From Macrostomum lignano (Eukaryota), in contig NIVC01000409.1 of NCBI GenBank assembly GCA_002269645.1, positions 62,001-126,000 on the forward strand: a DNA stretch of 64,000 nucleotides, written 5' to 3'. Below, piece by piece: positions 1 through 12,657 of this stretch; within the stretch, counting starts at the first letter, position 1; each line of letters begins with the position of its first letter. The notes below the pieces were generated by a model. That model saw only the letters and a list, made by a program, of their open reading frames with translations, was not told where the DNA came from and ran no database searches. Both the position numbers and the translations under genes were made by a program.

Positions 1-736
1 TTTAACTAAAAGCTTTATTTAATACTAGAATTGTTTTAATTGTATCTTTATCAAAAGTAAGGTTGATTAACTGTTCAAAAAGTATAAATAGCAATAGACA
101 AAATAAAAACATTAAATTTTGTGTAAATTTAGATTTGTTAAATTTTTTATATAAAAATTGGCCTTGATAATTTTATTTTTGTTTCAAATTTGAGAAAACC
201 CTAATTAAAAACTCATATATATAAACTACTAAAAAGACCATTATAATATGAGATGCTACAATTTTCTATATATCTAGGTATCTAATTAGGCTAAAACTTC
301 TAGTTCTAGAAATCAACTATCAGCTATTTTTTATTACATTAAATATTTTTATAACATTGGAATCTGTTTCTTTAAAGATATCAACAATTAAAAATCATTA
401 CACTATGGTAAATTAATATAATTTGATTTAAAGTTACTAGCTTCCAAGAATGCTATATTTTTGCAAATGAATTATCCTTCAAAATTGAAAGACAACTGTT
501 ATTTGATCTTGACCTATGCTTAATATAGGTGGGAAGTTAGAAACTAAAGTTTCTAATATATACATGCCCAACTTCAAAATTTCACCCCTCTGATACAACT
601 TAGTTTTGTCCAGATTTGCGGCTTAGTTCTTCCCTTTTGTGTTTGCAACCTAGTTCCTCTTGATTGCGAGTTAGTTTCCCTGATTGCAACTTAATTTTTA
701 CTTTGTATGACTTTTCTTGCCCTTTTCTCTTTTTTC

Positions 737-950
737 TCTGTCTCTTTCCTCTTTCCCCTCTCTTTTTTCTCTTTTTTTCTCTGTCTCTTTCCTCTTTCCC
801 CTCTCTTTTTTCTCTTTTTTTTGCTGTCTCTTTCCTCTTTCCCCTCTCTTTTTTCTCTTTTTTTCTCTGTCTCTTTCCTCTTTCCCCTCTCTTTTTTCTC
901 TTTTTTTCGCTGTCTCTTTCCTCTTTCCCCTCTCTTTTTTCTCTTTTTTT
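737..950. repeat. Pyrimidine-rich minisatellite, ~43-bp unit, ~5 copies
   Basis: Unit CTGTCTCTTTCCTCTTTCCCCTCTCTTTTTTCTCTTTTTTTCT read directly; it explains the K/R/E- and F/L/S-rich ORFs at 600-1045. Confidence 0.9.
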
Positions 951-1689
951 CTCTTCCTTTTCTCTTTCTCTTCTTTTTTTCTTTTCCCACTTTGTTTTTT
1001 GCATTTTTGATTTTGCGACTTACTTTGGCTAAGTAGCCATTTCACCCATCTGGTTTGGATGGGTTGGATAGTTGTTGGGCATGTATGTTCTAGTATAAAT
1101 TTTGAGTGTATGTAGTATATATCCTAGATTATTATATAATTAAAATTATTTTGAAAAAGTTTTTATATAAGCTACTTTATTCATAGCAAAGACATGTATT
1201 TAGGTTGCAAAAAAGGAAGCATTTCCAAAACTTTGTTTATCTGTAGTCTCACAAAAATTTGAAAGGCAAAAAGCCATACTCTGGATCATGTTGGATGCAT
1301 GCCAGAATGAATACCAGGGAGTTTTTTTGTTTGCATGCATATTATACACCATGCTTGCCAACTACACACTGTGCACGCCATTGTCAATAATTAATAATAG
1401 GCATACAAGCAAAAGCAGAAAAATGTATACAAACATTGTTTCAAAAAATGTACATGAAAAATACAAAGCTTTAAAAAATTATAACAATAGGCATAAACAT
1501 TAAATTATATTACAAATAATTTTTGGCACAACAATATGTTTCTTTTTTCTAGTAAAAATAAGCAAGATAAAGTTGATTTGCAGGTATTTTCAAAAATTCA
1601 AAAAGACTGCCCTACTACAATCATACCATACTACATTTTATACTATCAAGCTATTCTATGGCATAGCATACCACTATGCCACAAACCCA

Positions 1690-2000
1690 AATGCACACTG
1701 ACATACATGCGCAACAGTCAGCTGAGTCAGTTGATTGATTTGGCGGCCAATCAAGGAAGTTGCAAAAATTCCTACCTGAAAAATACCAAGGTAGTAGTAC
1801 TAAGTATCTGATGAGGCATTTTGACTTAATAAGAAATTCATAGTTACTCCTGCCATTTACCCAAAGTTGCATTGATTTTGCTTTAGGGTTTTTTTACATG
1901 TAAGTCACATTTTTGGCCAAAAACTACATCACATTTTTGTTAAAACTAAGTTGCATGGCTGACCGAATGTTGGAGGTTGTGCATGTATGCACACTGATAT
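1690..2000 (+). repeat. Diverged dispersed repeat, copy 1 (copy 2 inverted at ~21255-21560)
   Basis: Segments such as TTTTTGTTAAAACTAAGTTGCATGGC and AAGTTGCAAAAAT match the reverse complement of 21255-21560; boundaries approximate. Confidence 0.65.
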
Positions 2001-2804
2001 ATGTCAATTTTTAACTAAACTAAATATATGCCATTTTTTGCCAAACTAGATGCATGCCACATTTTTCTGGCATGATGTACATATGCTTTCCAAAGTAGAC
2101 TATGGGCAAAAAGGTTCTTTAATTTTGTAATACCCCAACCCATGACCTTCCTCTTAGTCTATTGGAATACACTTGATGGATTTGATCCAACTTTCTTATA
2201 TGCAATGTATAGAGTAAACAAATTCTCATTTGCACAGTATATATTTGAGACTATGGGAAAAAAAGAAAACTATTTATAAATATTGGCATTCAATATTTAT
2301 ACAGAAATGTGTAAATAGTACTGCTGTTATTTATATAGTAACTAAAATAGACTAGTATATAAACTAGTTTTATATATTGTATAGTACTTATAGCTATGGT
2401 CCAATTATATTTGATCCATAGTCAGAATCATGGCATGCCTGTGCCAGAACAAATCTTATCAAAAAAGTTTGTTTGTACCATGTATTACAACTTTTTGAAA
2501 AAAACATTAGTTATTTAACTTACTTTGAAAAATAAAATATTAGTAAAACTTATAGTATTTAAATCTACTTTAAAGAAAATCCAATACTACCAAAAATTAA
2601 TTCTTTTAAAGCTAAAAGGCCCAATATAGGCCCTTACTACTGACAAACAAAAAGTGCTAATAAAAAGAAGTTCTATGCTTATTTTTTATCAAAGAAATAG
2701 TGTTTTGTCAAGTTTTCATCTTGTACCAAATTATGCCAATTTTTTATCTTGCACTATAGGCTACTACACTAGATTTTTCTCTTTTGCCTATTGTTGCATT
2801 AGAA

Positions 2805-3222
2805 GGCGCATGACCAAGACCGCCACATACCAAGACCGCCATAGCTCTTACTGACTATTGGAATTGAGGGGAAGCTACCAATCTTCCAGTATTGCTATTG
2901 GTCATGATGGGTTGTGGAGTTAGATGAAGAGGAAGTGTCCTAAGATTGGTCACTAATAAGATGAATAAGTGGCCCAAAATGATTGCAAGTCAACCAGGGC
3001 AATTTTAACAATTCAAATTAAATGAAAAAAACAAGGAGCCTGGCTCACTCACCTACCTAGCCAGGCTAGCCTGCTCACCAGTTCCTCTTGTGGCCTTGTC
3101 TTGCTGGCTCCCCCCATCTCACCCCTCCTCAGCCCCATCCAATAACATGGCGAGCCAAATTCCTCCCTCCTAGCTCCCCCAAGTGTGGCGGTCTTGGTGT
3201 GTGGCGGTCTTGGTCTTACACC
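2805..3222. mobile_element. 418-bp MITE, Merlin-like (GG termini, 8-bp TSD)
   Basis: 37-bp TIRs GGCGCATGACCAAGACCGCCACATACCAAGACCGCCA versus the reverse complement of 3186-3222 (4 mismatches); TSD CATTAGAA at 2797-2804 and 3223-3230. Superfamily is inferred from termini, TSD length and the tandem motif inside the TIR. Confidence 0.85.
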
Positions 3223-5295
3223 CATTAGAATGCATTGGCATAGTGCATATATAAACCTTTGTATACTAGAATTTTCTATGAAAAGGGCCATCTTTTTGAC
3301 TATCTAGGCCTAGGGTATTTGATTACAAATATATCATTTTGAAGGTAAATAGAGTTGAATTCTTATTTAATTCTTTTGAAGCACCCTTTGTATTTTTGTA
3401 TTTTGTATTATTAATAAGATGAGTAGCCTACAATAAGCTAATAAAAATGTGAAAGCTATAAATATGTAATCATGCCTAAACTTTATCTATTGACTTTAGT
3501 TAGTTAAAACTCATTATGAAACTAAAATATACAGAGTTAGAGATGAATATTATCAAGTAGTCCTTAATAGAATAAATACTTCTAAAGTTTTTTCTCAGTT
3601 ACCAACTTACTGTGTAAATAATACTAGCAATATCTATATCCTACTGTACTATGCAAATAACAACTGCTAGAAATATTAGATATCATATACTTAGGCCTAA
3701 TTCATATTTGGCACCACAATAAAGGCAAAGGCCCAATCTATCAAAAATGAAGATCTCAAAATTAAAAATCAAAATGATTATCAATATCATTGTCACCAAA
3801 CTCTCTTTAAAGTAACTGGTTCTTTTTAGGTTAGGCCTTTACAATTTTGACTATATTATAAGGCCTATTATAATATAAATAACAAAACTTTAAACTTAAA
3901 AAATTAAATTCTACTAAAAACAGTTTACTTTTAAATTAGAGTTAGACCCTAGGCCTAATAAACATTTTCTGAGGAAATAAAAGTTATTTTTTAAATTTTT
4001 AATATAGCTAGGCCTATCTATAAAACATTATATTAGGCCCTAGCCTAGGCCTACACATTTTTTGTTAAGAAAAATGACATTTTATTCTTAGATTCTTATA
4101 GATCAATTTATAAAGTTTTACTTCTATCTCTTCTGGCCTGCCTAACTTAAACTTATCTTCTGTAAGGATTATAGCATAGGCCTAAGGCCACAGCTACAGC
4201 TACAGGCTACTGCCACTATCGCTAGAGCGCCAGCGCTAGGACCTAGCTACTGGAGCTAGAATTTTAACATGACGCTGACTTAGGGCTAGGCCTAGCTAGT
4301 ACAGAACAGAAACAGATATACAGCATTTCTGAAAAAAAATCAATTACATGCCAATCTAAAGTAGTATGACATTAGCACACTAGGTCGCAGTTGAATACAC
4401 TGCAGCATGTCAATGGACGCAATCACCAGGATCCTCTTGAATTGTTTATTCCTTAATTAATTAATTTCCAGGAGACGCTCTGGTTTATTTGTTTTAAATC
4501 CAAATTTACATATAACAAAGCCTACCTTTTTATAAACTGTATTGTATATACCGAAATCATCTCGTTATATGGCTCTTAAGAAATTTCAAGCCAAGAACTA
4601 TAAAAGTACAAGTAGGATGTCAACAATTCCGACACTTCACCCCCACCTCCTTATGATTATTTGTTATGGAAGTCACGGCATTGCCGCATTGAGGGTCGTT
4701 CGACTCGCTTTCAAGGCAAGATCTTGATTTTTTGTTGATAAAAAACTTTTTTAATAAATTTTCTTCTACAAAAATCAATAGCACAATTGTTAAATTAAAA
4801 TTAAACCTCTTTTTTAAACCACGAGAAAGTAAAAGTATGAGGAGGAAATCCACCAGTTCCATGTAATTGCATGTTCAATTCTTCGTAACAGTAAAAAAGA
4901 AGTAAAATTATGCGAAAACATGCAACAAAGAAGCTCTCCTATATTTTTATCTTAAATTTACTTGCATAATGACGACGATTAGTTAAAAAAAGTTTTAAGA
5001 GCAACAATTTTTGTTTATTTTATTTATACTAAATAACATGTAGTGCATGACATTTTACGTGTTTGGAGTTGGTCCGCTCCGAAATCGGCTGCTACGGCAG
5101 GGGCTACAAGTGGGTGAAAGCGGAGGGCGGTGACGTACCTAAGAATTTTAGAAGGCGCTGGTGGCTGGCCGAGAGAAGAGCAATTAACGAACTGAACTAA
5201 ATTTTTGCGATTGATAACTGCATGCATGAATTGTATTCATTTATGATTCTATTGAAGGGGCCGCAACAATGGCAATATTTGCACCTGACTAGGTG

Positions 5296-5362
5296 CAGGG
5301 CGCCCCTGTCTCTTAGTGGGAGCCCCTGGCCTACTGTAGCTCTCTTTTGGTGTGGGCATCGC
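5296..5362 (+). repeat. Left remnant of the GGGCGCCCCTGTCTCTTGGT minisatellite interrupted by the foldback element
   Basis: Same motif continues at 9203-9400 and occurs inverted at 34810-35600. Confidence 0.7.
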
Positions 5363-8300
5363 TACTACATAACGCGTAGATTCTGCCGGGTTTTCAGAAT
5401 TCTGACGCAAAAAACGCAAATTATACTACTATTCGAAAATGAAGTAAGTAGTATACAAAAACGCTATCCTAAGCGTGATATACGGTAATATGTAATTGTA
5501 ATAATCCATGTGCTCATATTAATTCCATGTACATTAATCCCTATCTATCTCAAAATGTACATTAATCCCATGTACATTAATCCCTATCCCAAATGTCTAT
5601 CCCCAATTCTATATGTACACTCATATTAATCTACAGTGTCATCCCCAGACGGTCTGAGCGCGCACCAAAATTACAACTCGAAACCCTACTACATGTACAA
5701 TCTCATACAAATGAGTCAACACCCAAGTTTTACAAACCACGTTATATACATATTCCTATTTATATGTCAATTATTCAAAATCTACATGTAGCTGATTACA
5801 CTACTACCTTTAGTAGAGTTACAAATCAAGATTCTATTGAAAAAGACTGTATTCATATAGTTTTCACATTGGAAAAGCGTATATTTTCATTTCAATAATT
5901 GAAAAAGAGAGCAAAAACAGTAAGGAGACAACAGCAAGTTGAGACTTAATTATAGCCTGTACTACCAAACCCTCCTGCACCGCGAATTGAGTGGCTGCCA
6001 GCGGCCTCCTCATCGCCATTCCCTCTAGTATATCCTCACCCCTCGAAGCCCCTATACTGAATGTTGAATCACCCTTTAACTCGGACCATAGTCAAATTCA
6101 ACCCTGTTCGAAAACAGCCACCCCTCCGATGTTTACCAGACACAGCGCAGACCCCATAACAAATCGAGCTAAATTTTAACACTCGCCCCTGTTTTCTCTG
6201 TCCCCCCTTCTAAATGCCAAGGAATTTCGACCCTCTCTCCATTTTCAGTGTACAGACAGATCTTTCCACAGCACAGATCCTATATTAAACTTCAAAACCC
6301 CTCTCTTCTCCGATTACGTCATCCATGCCGCCCCAGTTAGCAAGATACCAACTTTTAATGCACACATCAACCCCGCGAGCAAATCCGAGTCAACCTCTAC
6401 CTGCATTGACAAACCCCAGCTGCATTTGTAAATGTACACAGCCTATGAATCAGTGTCTCCTCCGCATACAATTCCGAGACTGAATTCTATGTATGTTCAA
6501 ATAAATACTTTGACACTATAACCCATGCGGTATACTAGAAGTAGTGAAGTCCACCCGCCCAAAAACGTGCTGCTATGCCAATTCTATCGCCTCCCCTACC
6601 TTCTCACTTCAAGCTTTCAGACTCGGTCTTTGAGACGGTCGGTTTAATCTGTTAGAAGCAGGAATGAATCATGCACTGACCTCTCCATACAAAGTAAAGT
6701 TGGAATTTCAGACAAAAAATTTGGTTATTTTAAAAGCTAAATGACTAGAAATGCACATTTTTTCATTAAAATGCAGCTTTTTACAGTTTTTTTTACGATT
6801 TTAACCTTAAAATGCAGACTTTGTTGATCAAAATCAGTAGTTTCATCACTAGAAACCATACTTTCAACAGCTAATTTGTCCAAATGTCGCTTTCAACTTG
6901 ACCTTAGACTGCTTTTAAGCAGGAATGAACCCCACACAAACATCCACAAGCCAGCCCAAAATCATCCAAAGACATGGCTATTGAAGCCTAAATTGCTAGA
7001 AATGCGCATTTTTTTTCATAAGAAAATACAAATTTTCACAGTTTTTATGCATTTTTACGTTAAAATGCAGACTTTATTGATCAAAATCAGTAATTCATCA
7101 CTAAAAACCGTAAAAACCGTAAAATCCGTGTGCGATTATAATTCCTGCTCAAAGCTGTCTCAGAGTTCCAGAAGTAGCATTTGTGATAATTTTGTGTTAA
7201 AATTGTGGTTTTTAGTGATGAATTACTGATTTTGATCAATAAAGTCTGCATTTTAACGAAAAAATGCGTAAAAACTGTGAAAATTTGTGTTTTCTTATGA
7301 AAAAATGCTCATTTCTAGCAATTTAGTCTTCAACAGCCGTCTTTGGATGATTTTGGGCTAGCTTGTGTATGTTCGTGGGGGGTTCATTCCTGCTTAAAAG
7401 CTGTCTAAGGTCAAGTTGAAAGCGATATTTGGACAAATTAGTTGCTGAAAGTATGGTTTCTAGTGATGAAACTACTGATTTTGATCAATAAAGTCTGCAT
7501 TTTAACGTAAAAATACATAAAAACTGTGAAAATTTGTATTTTCTTATGAAAAAAAATGCGCATTTCTAGCAATTTAGGCTTCAATAGCCATGTCTTTGGA
7601 TGATTTTGGGCTGGCTTGTGGATGTTTGTGTGGGGTTCATTCCTGCTTAAAAGCAGTCTAAGGTCAAGTTGAAAGCGACATTTGGACAAATTAGCTGTTG
7701 AAAGTATGGTTTCTAGTGATGAAACTACTGATTTTGATCAACAAAGTCTGCATTTTAAGGTTAAAATCGTAAAAAAAACTGTAAAAAGCTGCATTTTAAT
7801 GAAAAAATGTGCATTTCTAGTCATTTAGCTTTTAAAATAACCAAATTTTTTGTCTGAAATTCCAACTTTACTTTGTATGGAGAGGTCAGTGCATGATTCA
7901 TTCCTGCTTCTAACAGATTAAACCGACCGTCTCAAAGACCGAGTCTGAAAGCTTGAAGTGAGAAGGTAGGGGAGGCGATAGAATTGGCATAGCAGCACGT
8001 TTTTGGGCGGGTGGACTTCACTACTTCTAGTATACCGCATGGGTTATAGTGTCAAAGTATTTATTTGAACATACATAGAATTCAGTCTCGGAATTGTATG
8101 CGGAGGAGACACTGATTCATAGGCTGTGTACATTTACAAATGCAGTTGGGGTTTGTCAATGCAGGTAGAGGTTGACTCGGATTTGCTCGCGGGGTTGATG
8201 TGTGCATTAAAAGTTGGTATCTTGCTAACTGGGGCGGCATGGATGACGTAATCGGAGAAGAGAGGGGTTTTGAAGTTTAATATAGGATCTGTGCTGTGGA

Positions 8301-9202
8301 AAGATCTGTCTGTACACTGAAAATGGAGAGAGGGTCGAAATTCCTTGGCATTTAGAAGGGGGGACAGAGAAAACAGGGGCGAGTGTTAAAATTTAGCTCG
8401 ATTTGTTATGGGGTCTGCGCTGTGTCTGGTAAACATCGGAGGGGTGGCTGTTTTCGAACAGGGTTGAATTTGACTATGGTCCGAGTTAAAGGGTGATTCA
8501 ACATTCAGTATAGGGGCTTCGAGGGGTGAGGATATACTAGAGGGAATGGCGATGAGGAGGCCGCTGGCAGCCACTCAATTCGCGGTGCAGGAGGGTTTGG
8601 TAGTACAGGCTATAATTAAGTCTCAACTTGCTGTTGTCTCCTTACTGTTTTTGCTCTCTTTTTCAATTATTGAAATGAAAATATACGCTTTTCCAATGTG
8701 AAAACTATATGAATACAGTCTTTTTCAATAGAATCTTGATTTGTAACTCTACTAAAGGTAGTAGTGTAATCAGCTACATGTAGATTTTGAATAATTGACA
8801 TATAAATAGGAATATGTATATAACGTGGTTTGTAAAACTTGGGTGTTGACTCATTTGTATGAGATTGTACATGTAGTAGGGTTTCGAGTTGTAATTTTGG
8901 TGCGCGCTCAGACCGTCTGGGGATGACACTGTAGATTAATATGAGTGTACATATAGAATTGGGGATAGACATTTGGGATAGGGATTAATGTACATGGGAT
9001 TAATGTACATTTTGAGATAGATAGGGATTAATGTACATGGAATTAATATGAGCACATGGATTATTACAATTACATATTACCGTATATCACGCTTAGGATA
9101 GCGTTTTTGTATACTACTTACTTCATTTTCGAATAGTAGTATAATTTGCGTTTTTTGCGTCAGAATTCTGAAAACCCGGCAGAATCTACGCGTTATGTAG
9201 TA
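5363..9202. mobile_element. 3840-bp foldback (giant-TIR) non-autonomous DNA transposon
   Basis: Arms 5363-7092 and 7473-9202 are reverse complements (coordinates sum to 14565; mirror ORFs 5593-5898/8667-8972 and 5991-6179/8386-8574 are identical; only two mismatches noticed, 6419/8146 and 7050/7515). Termini TACTAC...GTAGTA; TSD TCGC at 5359-5362 and 9203-9206; no transposase ORF. Confidence 0.9.
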
Positions 9203-9400
9203 TCGCTGTCTCTTGCTGGGCGCCCTATAAAGCTACACTACCTCGATCTCTTGGAATTGGCACCCCCTGTCTCTTGGCGCCCCATGCATGTATCTCTTAG
9301 TATATAGACGCCCCTGTCTCTTGGTTGGCGCCCCTATCTCTTGGTGGGCGCCCCTGTCTCTTGGTTGGCGCCCCTGTCTCTGGGTGGGGTGCCTGTCTCT
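9203..9400 (+). repeat. Right remnant of the GGGCGCCCCTGTCTCTTGGT minisatellite
   Basis: Degenerate ~20-bp units GGCGCCCCTGTCTCTTGG(T) read directly. Confidence 0.8.
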
Positions 9401-10992
9401 CTTAGACCCGTGCATGGTTGCCGCGTCCAAGGTTGCAAACGTTGGACTTTGTTTGCATCCAGTAATTATGACAGATTTGCACCTTTATACAAAATATTAG
9501 CGTACGACCTTTTGGCAACCTTACCAAGCTGTCTTGTGTAAACTCCGGCTCCACGCTCTCCCAGTCATCAGATTTGTAGGGAGCCGTCAAGTTGAACAGC
9601 CGACAAAACAGATCCCGCAGTCAGCTGAAGCCTCAGATTCGCTACTGTTAGTAGTTTTAGAAGCCTTAATTAAGCAAACTTATGCAAGACGCGTAAACAG
9701 GGTATGAAATGTCATCTAAATTAAACGGATGGAAGCATGTCACCTTAATAATCTGCCATATGTAGCTACATGTAGTCAGCAGATCCTCTCAAGGTCTCAA
9801 GGTGGTTAAGCAGAACGCTGCTATAGTCTCTGAACAGCGAGTTAGGAGGATTGAGGTTCTGTTTGAAATGAAGAAGCTTTGGAGCTTTAGCTACTTTGTG
9901 ATGAGAGAGCAGCTCCATCCAGCCAGAGCAGAGACAAAACTTAAGTCAGTCGAGTGTGGAACAATCTTCACGCGAAACCGACATGCTAGAGTTGACACAC
10001 CTGGTGTTTTTTGGATTCAATTGAGCCAGAAGCAAGAAGTCGTGAGCTTGTTTCATTCTTACCATAGAAACTGGCGTCAATTCAACTCGCGCTGAGTAAC
10101 ATGCTCTAGACAAAGAACCACTGAAGAAACGATACTTAGGTCCTTGGCACAGACATGTAAATAATGCACACGACCGAGGAAGTGCTGTAAACATGTTTTA
10201 TTGCACTTGCAAACAGGACAAGCCTGATCTGGTCATGTGAGGGAAAAATACAAATGAATGTCGAGAGCAAGGAGCAGATGGAGCAACAATACGGGAGACG
10301 GAGACAGAAGGCACAGGCAACCAAAGGATGGGGAGCTCCCAGGTCAGAACTGGTTAGGGGAAGGCTGCTCATGACTAGGACCCCAGTCTCGCCGAGCTAA
10401 TAGCTCTAAAAGCAACTAAGTTGCTGTGGACTCAAACAAAAGCAGACCCAAAAAATCTCCCGTCTTAGGGGCTTATAGAAAATTCTGACATATTTGAGGC
10501 CGGGCCTCTGCAATATATTACTTCAATTCATTTTTTCTGCGCTTCATTGTGATTCTTTCCTCAAAAGTTAGGCTCTAGCAACAGGGACCCGACCAGGCAA
10601 GAGACGGAAATTTCCCGACTCGGGAAACTTTTTTTGTTGTCGTGAATAGATTTCCAATTTTTACTGGAAACTGGAGAGCCAGTTCTGGGTAGCAGTAGCC
10701 GTGGAGTCTTTGTGGCTCGGCGGTGGGTTTACAACACAGCATTAATTACTCAAAACTGATTGATTTGATGCGGTTCAACAAAAAAGGTATTACCAGCTCG
10801 TTTATTTTTTCTGAGTCGCTAGCAATTTCTACTTAATTAGGAGTTTCTACAAGTCCAAAATTTCAAATTTATCCTCAAAGAGTTGTTTAAGAGTGAAAAT
10901 CTAATTTATGTCAGTTTTATAGTTGGATAAATAAGACTTTGCAGCTTCGGGATAAAGTAGATCCGTTATTTATTTGACACGAGCTTGACGTC

Positions 10993-11789
10993 TCAGTAAC
11001 CGTAGATCTCAACTTCGCAGATAACGAGATGATTGCTCAGCTGGTTGACAACTCGGACAGCGCTGCCGAAAGCATTGCAGGTGAAGTTGGCGATGGAGAA
11101 CGACTCTGTCAGGTCCACTCGGTTGCACTCAACGCCATCAACCAGCAGGTTGAACTTGTTGAGCCAATCGGAAAGCGTGAGCCGGTTGTAGATGGTGAGG
11201 TAGGCCACGAAAGCTGGAGCGGCCAGCCGCGCCTCCCACCATTCGCCGATGCCTTGGACAGTGGCGCTGTAGACGGTCTGGTCCCTGTTGCCGTCCATAG
11301 AGATTGTGCAGTAATAGCTAGCGTAGGTATTGCTGTGCTGGCAGCTGGAAATGTTCAACTTTTTTATGTTGGCGGGCGAAGAACCTGCGGGAACGAGTAG
11401 CCAGAGTTGTGAATGAGCTTCAAGGTTTACCAGACTAAAATAAAACTGTACGCGCATGTGACGTTTCGTTCCTTACTGGCAGCAGCTGCCGGCTCTTCTA
11501 TCAGCTTGAACACCTCGCAGGGTGGCGAGCTCAGCCAGGTGCCAGCGAAGGCGCTCAAGTCGAACAGCTGGCACAGACTCTGCAGCCAGGAGAATCCGAT
11601 GCAGCCGGGTGTTTGAACACACTTCACCGAGCAGTCCAAGGTGCTTCTGCCAGCCACACACTTCATGCTGGCAGGGGCTGATGAGCTCTCGGATCCCACG
11701 ATTTCGAAGGTAAAGCCAGCCGCTGGTGGACTGGCAGTCAGCAGCAGCAGCAGCAGGGGTAGAAAGTGCTCAACAGTTTGGCAATACAT
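10993..11789 (-). CDS. Secreted PAN/apple + F-type lectin (F5/8 type C, fucolectin-like) protein, ~234 aa, 2 coding exons
   Basis: Exons 11789-11477 and 11384-10993; 92-bp phase-1 intron GTAAGG...CCCGCAG; 705 nt = 234 aa + stop. Hydrophobic signal peptide (LPLLLLLLTASPPAAG), PAN-type Cys pattern (DCSVKCVQTPGCIGFSWLQSLCQL), F-type-lectin pattern (SMDGNRD, EWWEARL, LTIYNR, LVICEVEIYG). AATAAA on the minus strand at 10969-10974. Confidence 0.8.
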
Positions 11790-12657
11790 GCTGGAGGCTG
11801 GATTTGGGCAACTGCTATTGTCTCGGATAGCTGTGGAAATCCAGCCGACAAGCAATCTTCATTATTCATTGACTTATGAAAACTCTTTCTTGTCAAAGCG
11901 ATTGGCTGCGGGACCAACCAAAACTGCTGTGACAGGAAGAATCAGGAAAAAGACGACGGGTCGACGCATGATTGGACGACTGCGTGAAACTGCAATGGCC
12001 CAATAAAGGTATTGGTTGATGCATTGGCTAGACTCTGATAAATCAATCATTTTCCTGGGCAATCTTTGGGGCAAGTTATTGCTTTAGAAATAGCTTTTTC
12101 TTACCTTCAGAGAAACAATGAAATGATAACGGCTCCAGTAGTTCCTCTCGCCGGTTGTGTGACAATGTCGCTTAAAGTGCTCCAGGGTGCACACAGCTCC
12201 TGCCTTTATTAAAAATCACGGGCATGATACGAGCACGAAGTGGCTTTGAACTCTCCTTGAATAACGGTGCCTAACAGCCAAGTGATGCCATGTGCCTAGA
12301 CTACCTAGAAAATCCCCCAGGGTGATATTTTGCTTTTTAGGGACCTGCCGCTCGGTTTGGGGTTTGGGCTTCTAGCTAAAGCAACCTACTACCGGCTGTG
12401 GATGAAACAGTCTTCGGCCATACCATCTGCTACCACCGGGGACGCCCCGGCGAGACCCGCGGAGCAAACTCTGAGCGATTGGGATTTACCGGTGATGTCA
12501 AAACTCTGTCAAAAATATTTTAATCCTACTGTTCCTGTCTGTTTTATTGTTCATGAATATGTAATTGATTTTCGAATTCTTCTTCGTCAAGAGGCAACTC
12601 ATTCGTGAGGAAGAGTGAATGTGGTATAGTTGGTTTGCAGATATGTACATCTCTATG

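Noticed and set aside
5593-8972. Mirror ORFs in the foldback arms as a transposase or duplicated genes
   Set aside because: Short (62-117 aa), no recognisable motif, and duplicated only because the arms are.
5363-9202. Palindrome as a pure assembly artefact
   Set aside because: A TSD is present, the host repeat is restored on excision, there is a distinct 380-bp spacer, and the arms have mismatches. Read-level confirmation is still advisable.
9429-9522. Tiny MITE (AAGGTTGC(C)AAA inverted pair)
   Set aside because: Only about 11 bp of imperfect IR and no TSD.
9590-10400. Coding exon or TE ORF
   Set aside because: Short ORFs in several frames, none with recognisable motifs or consistent splice sites.
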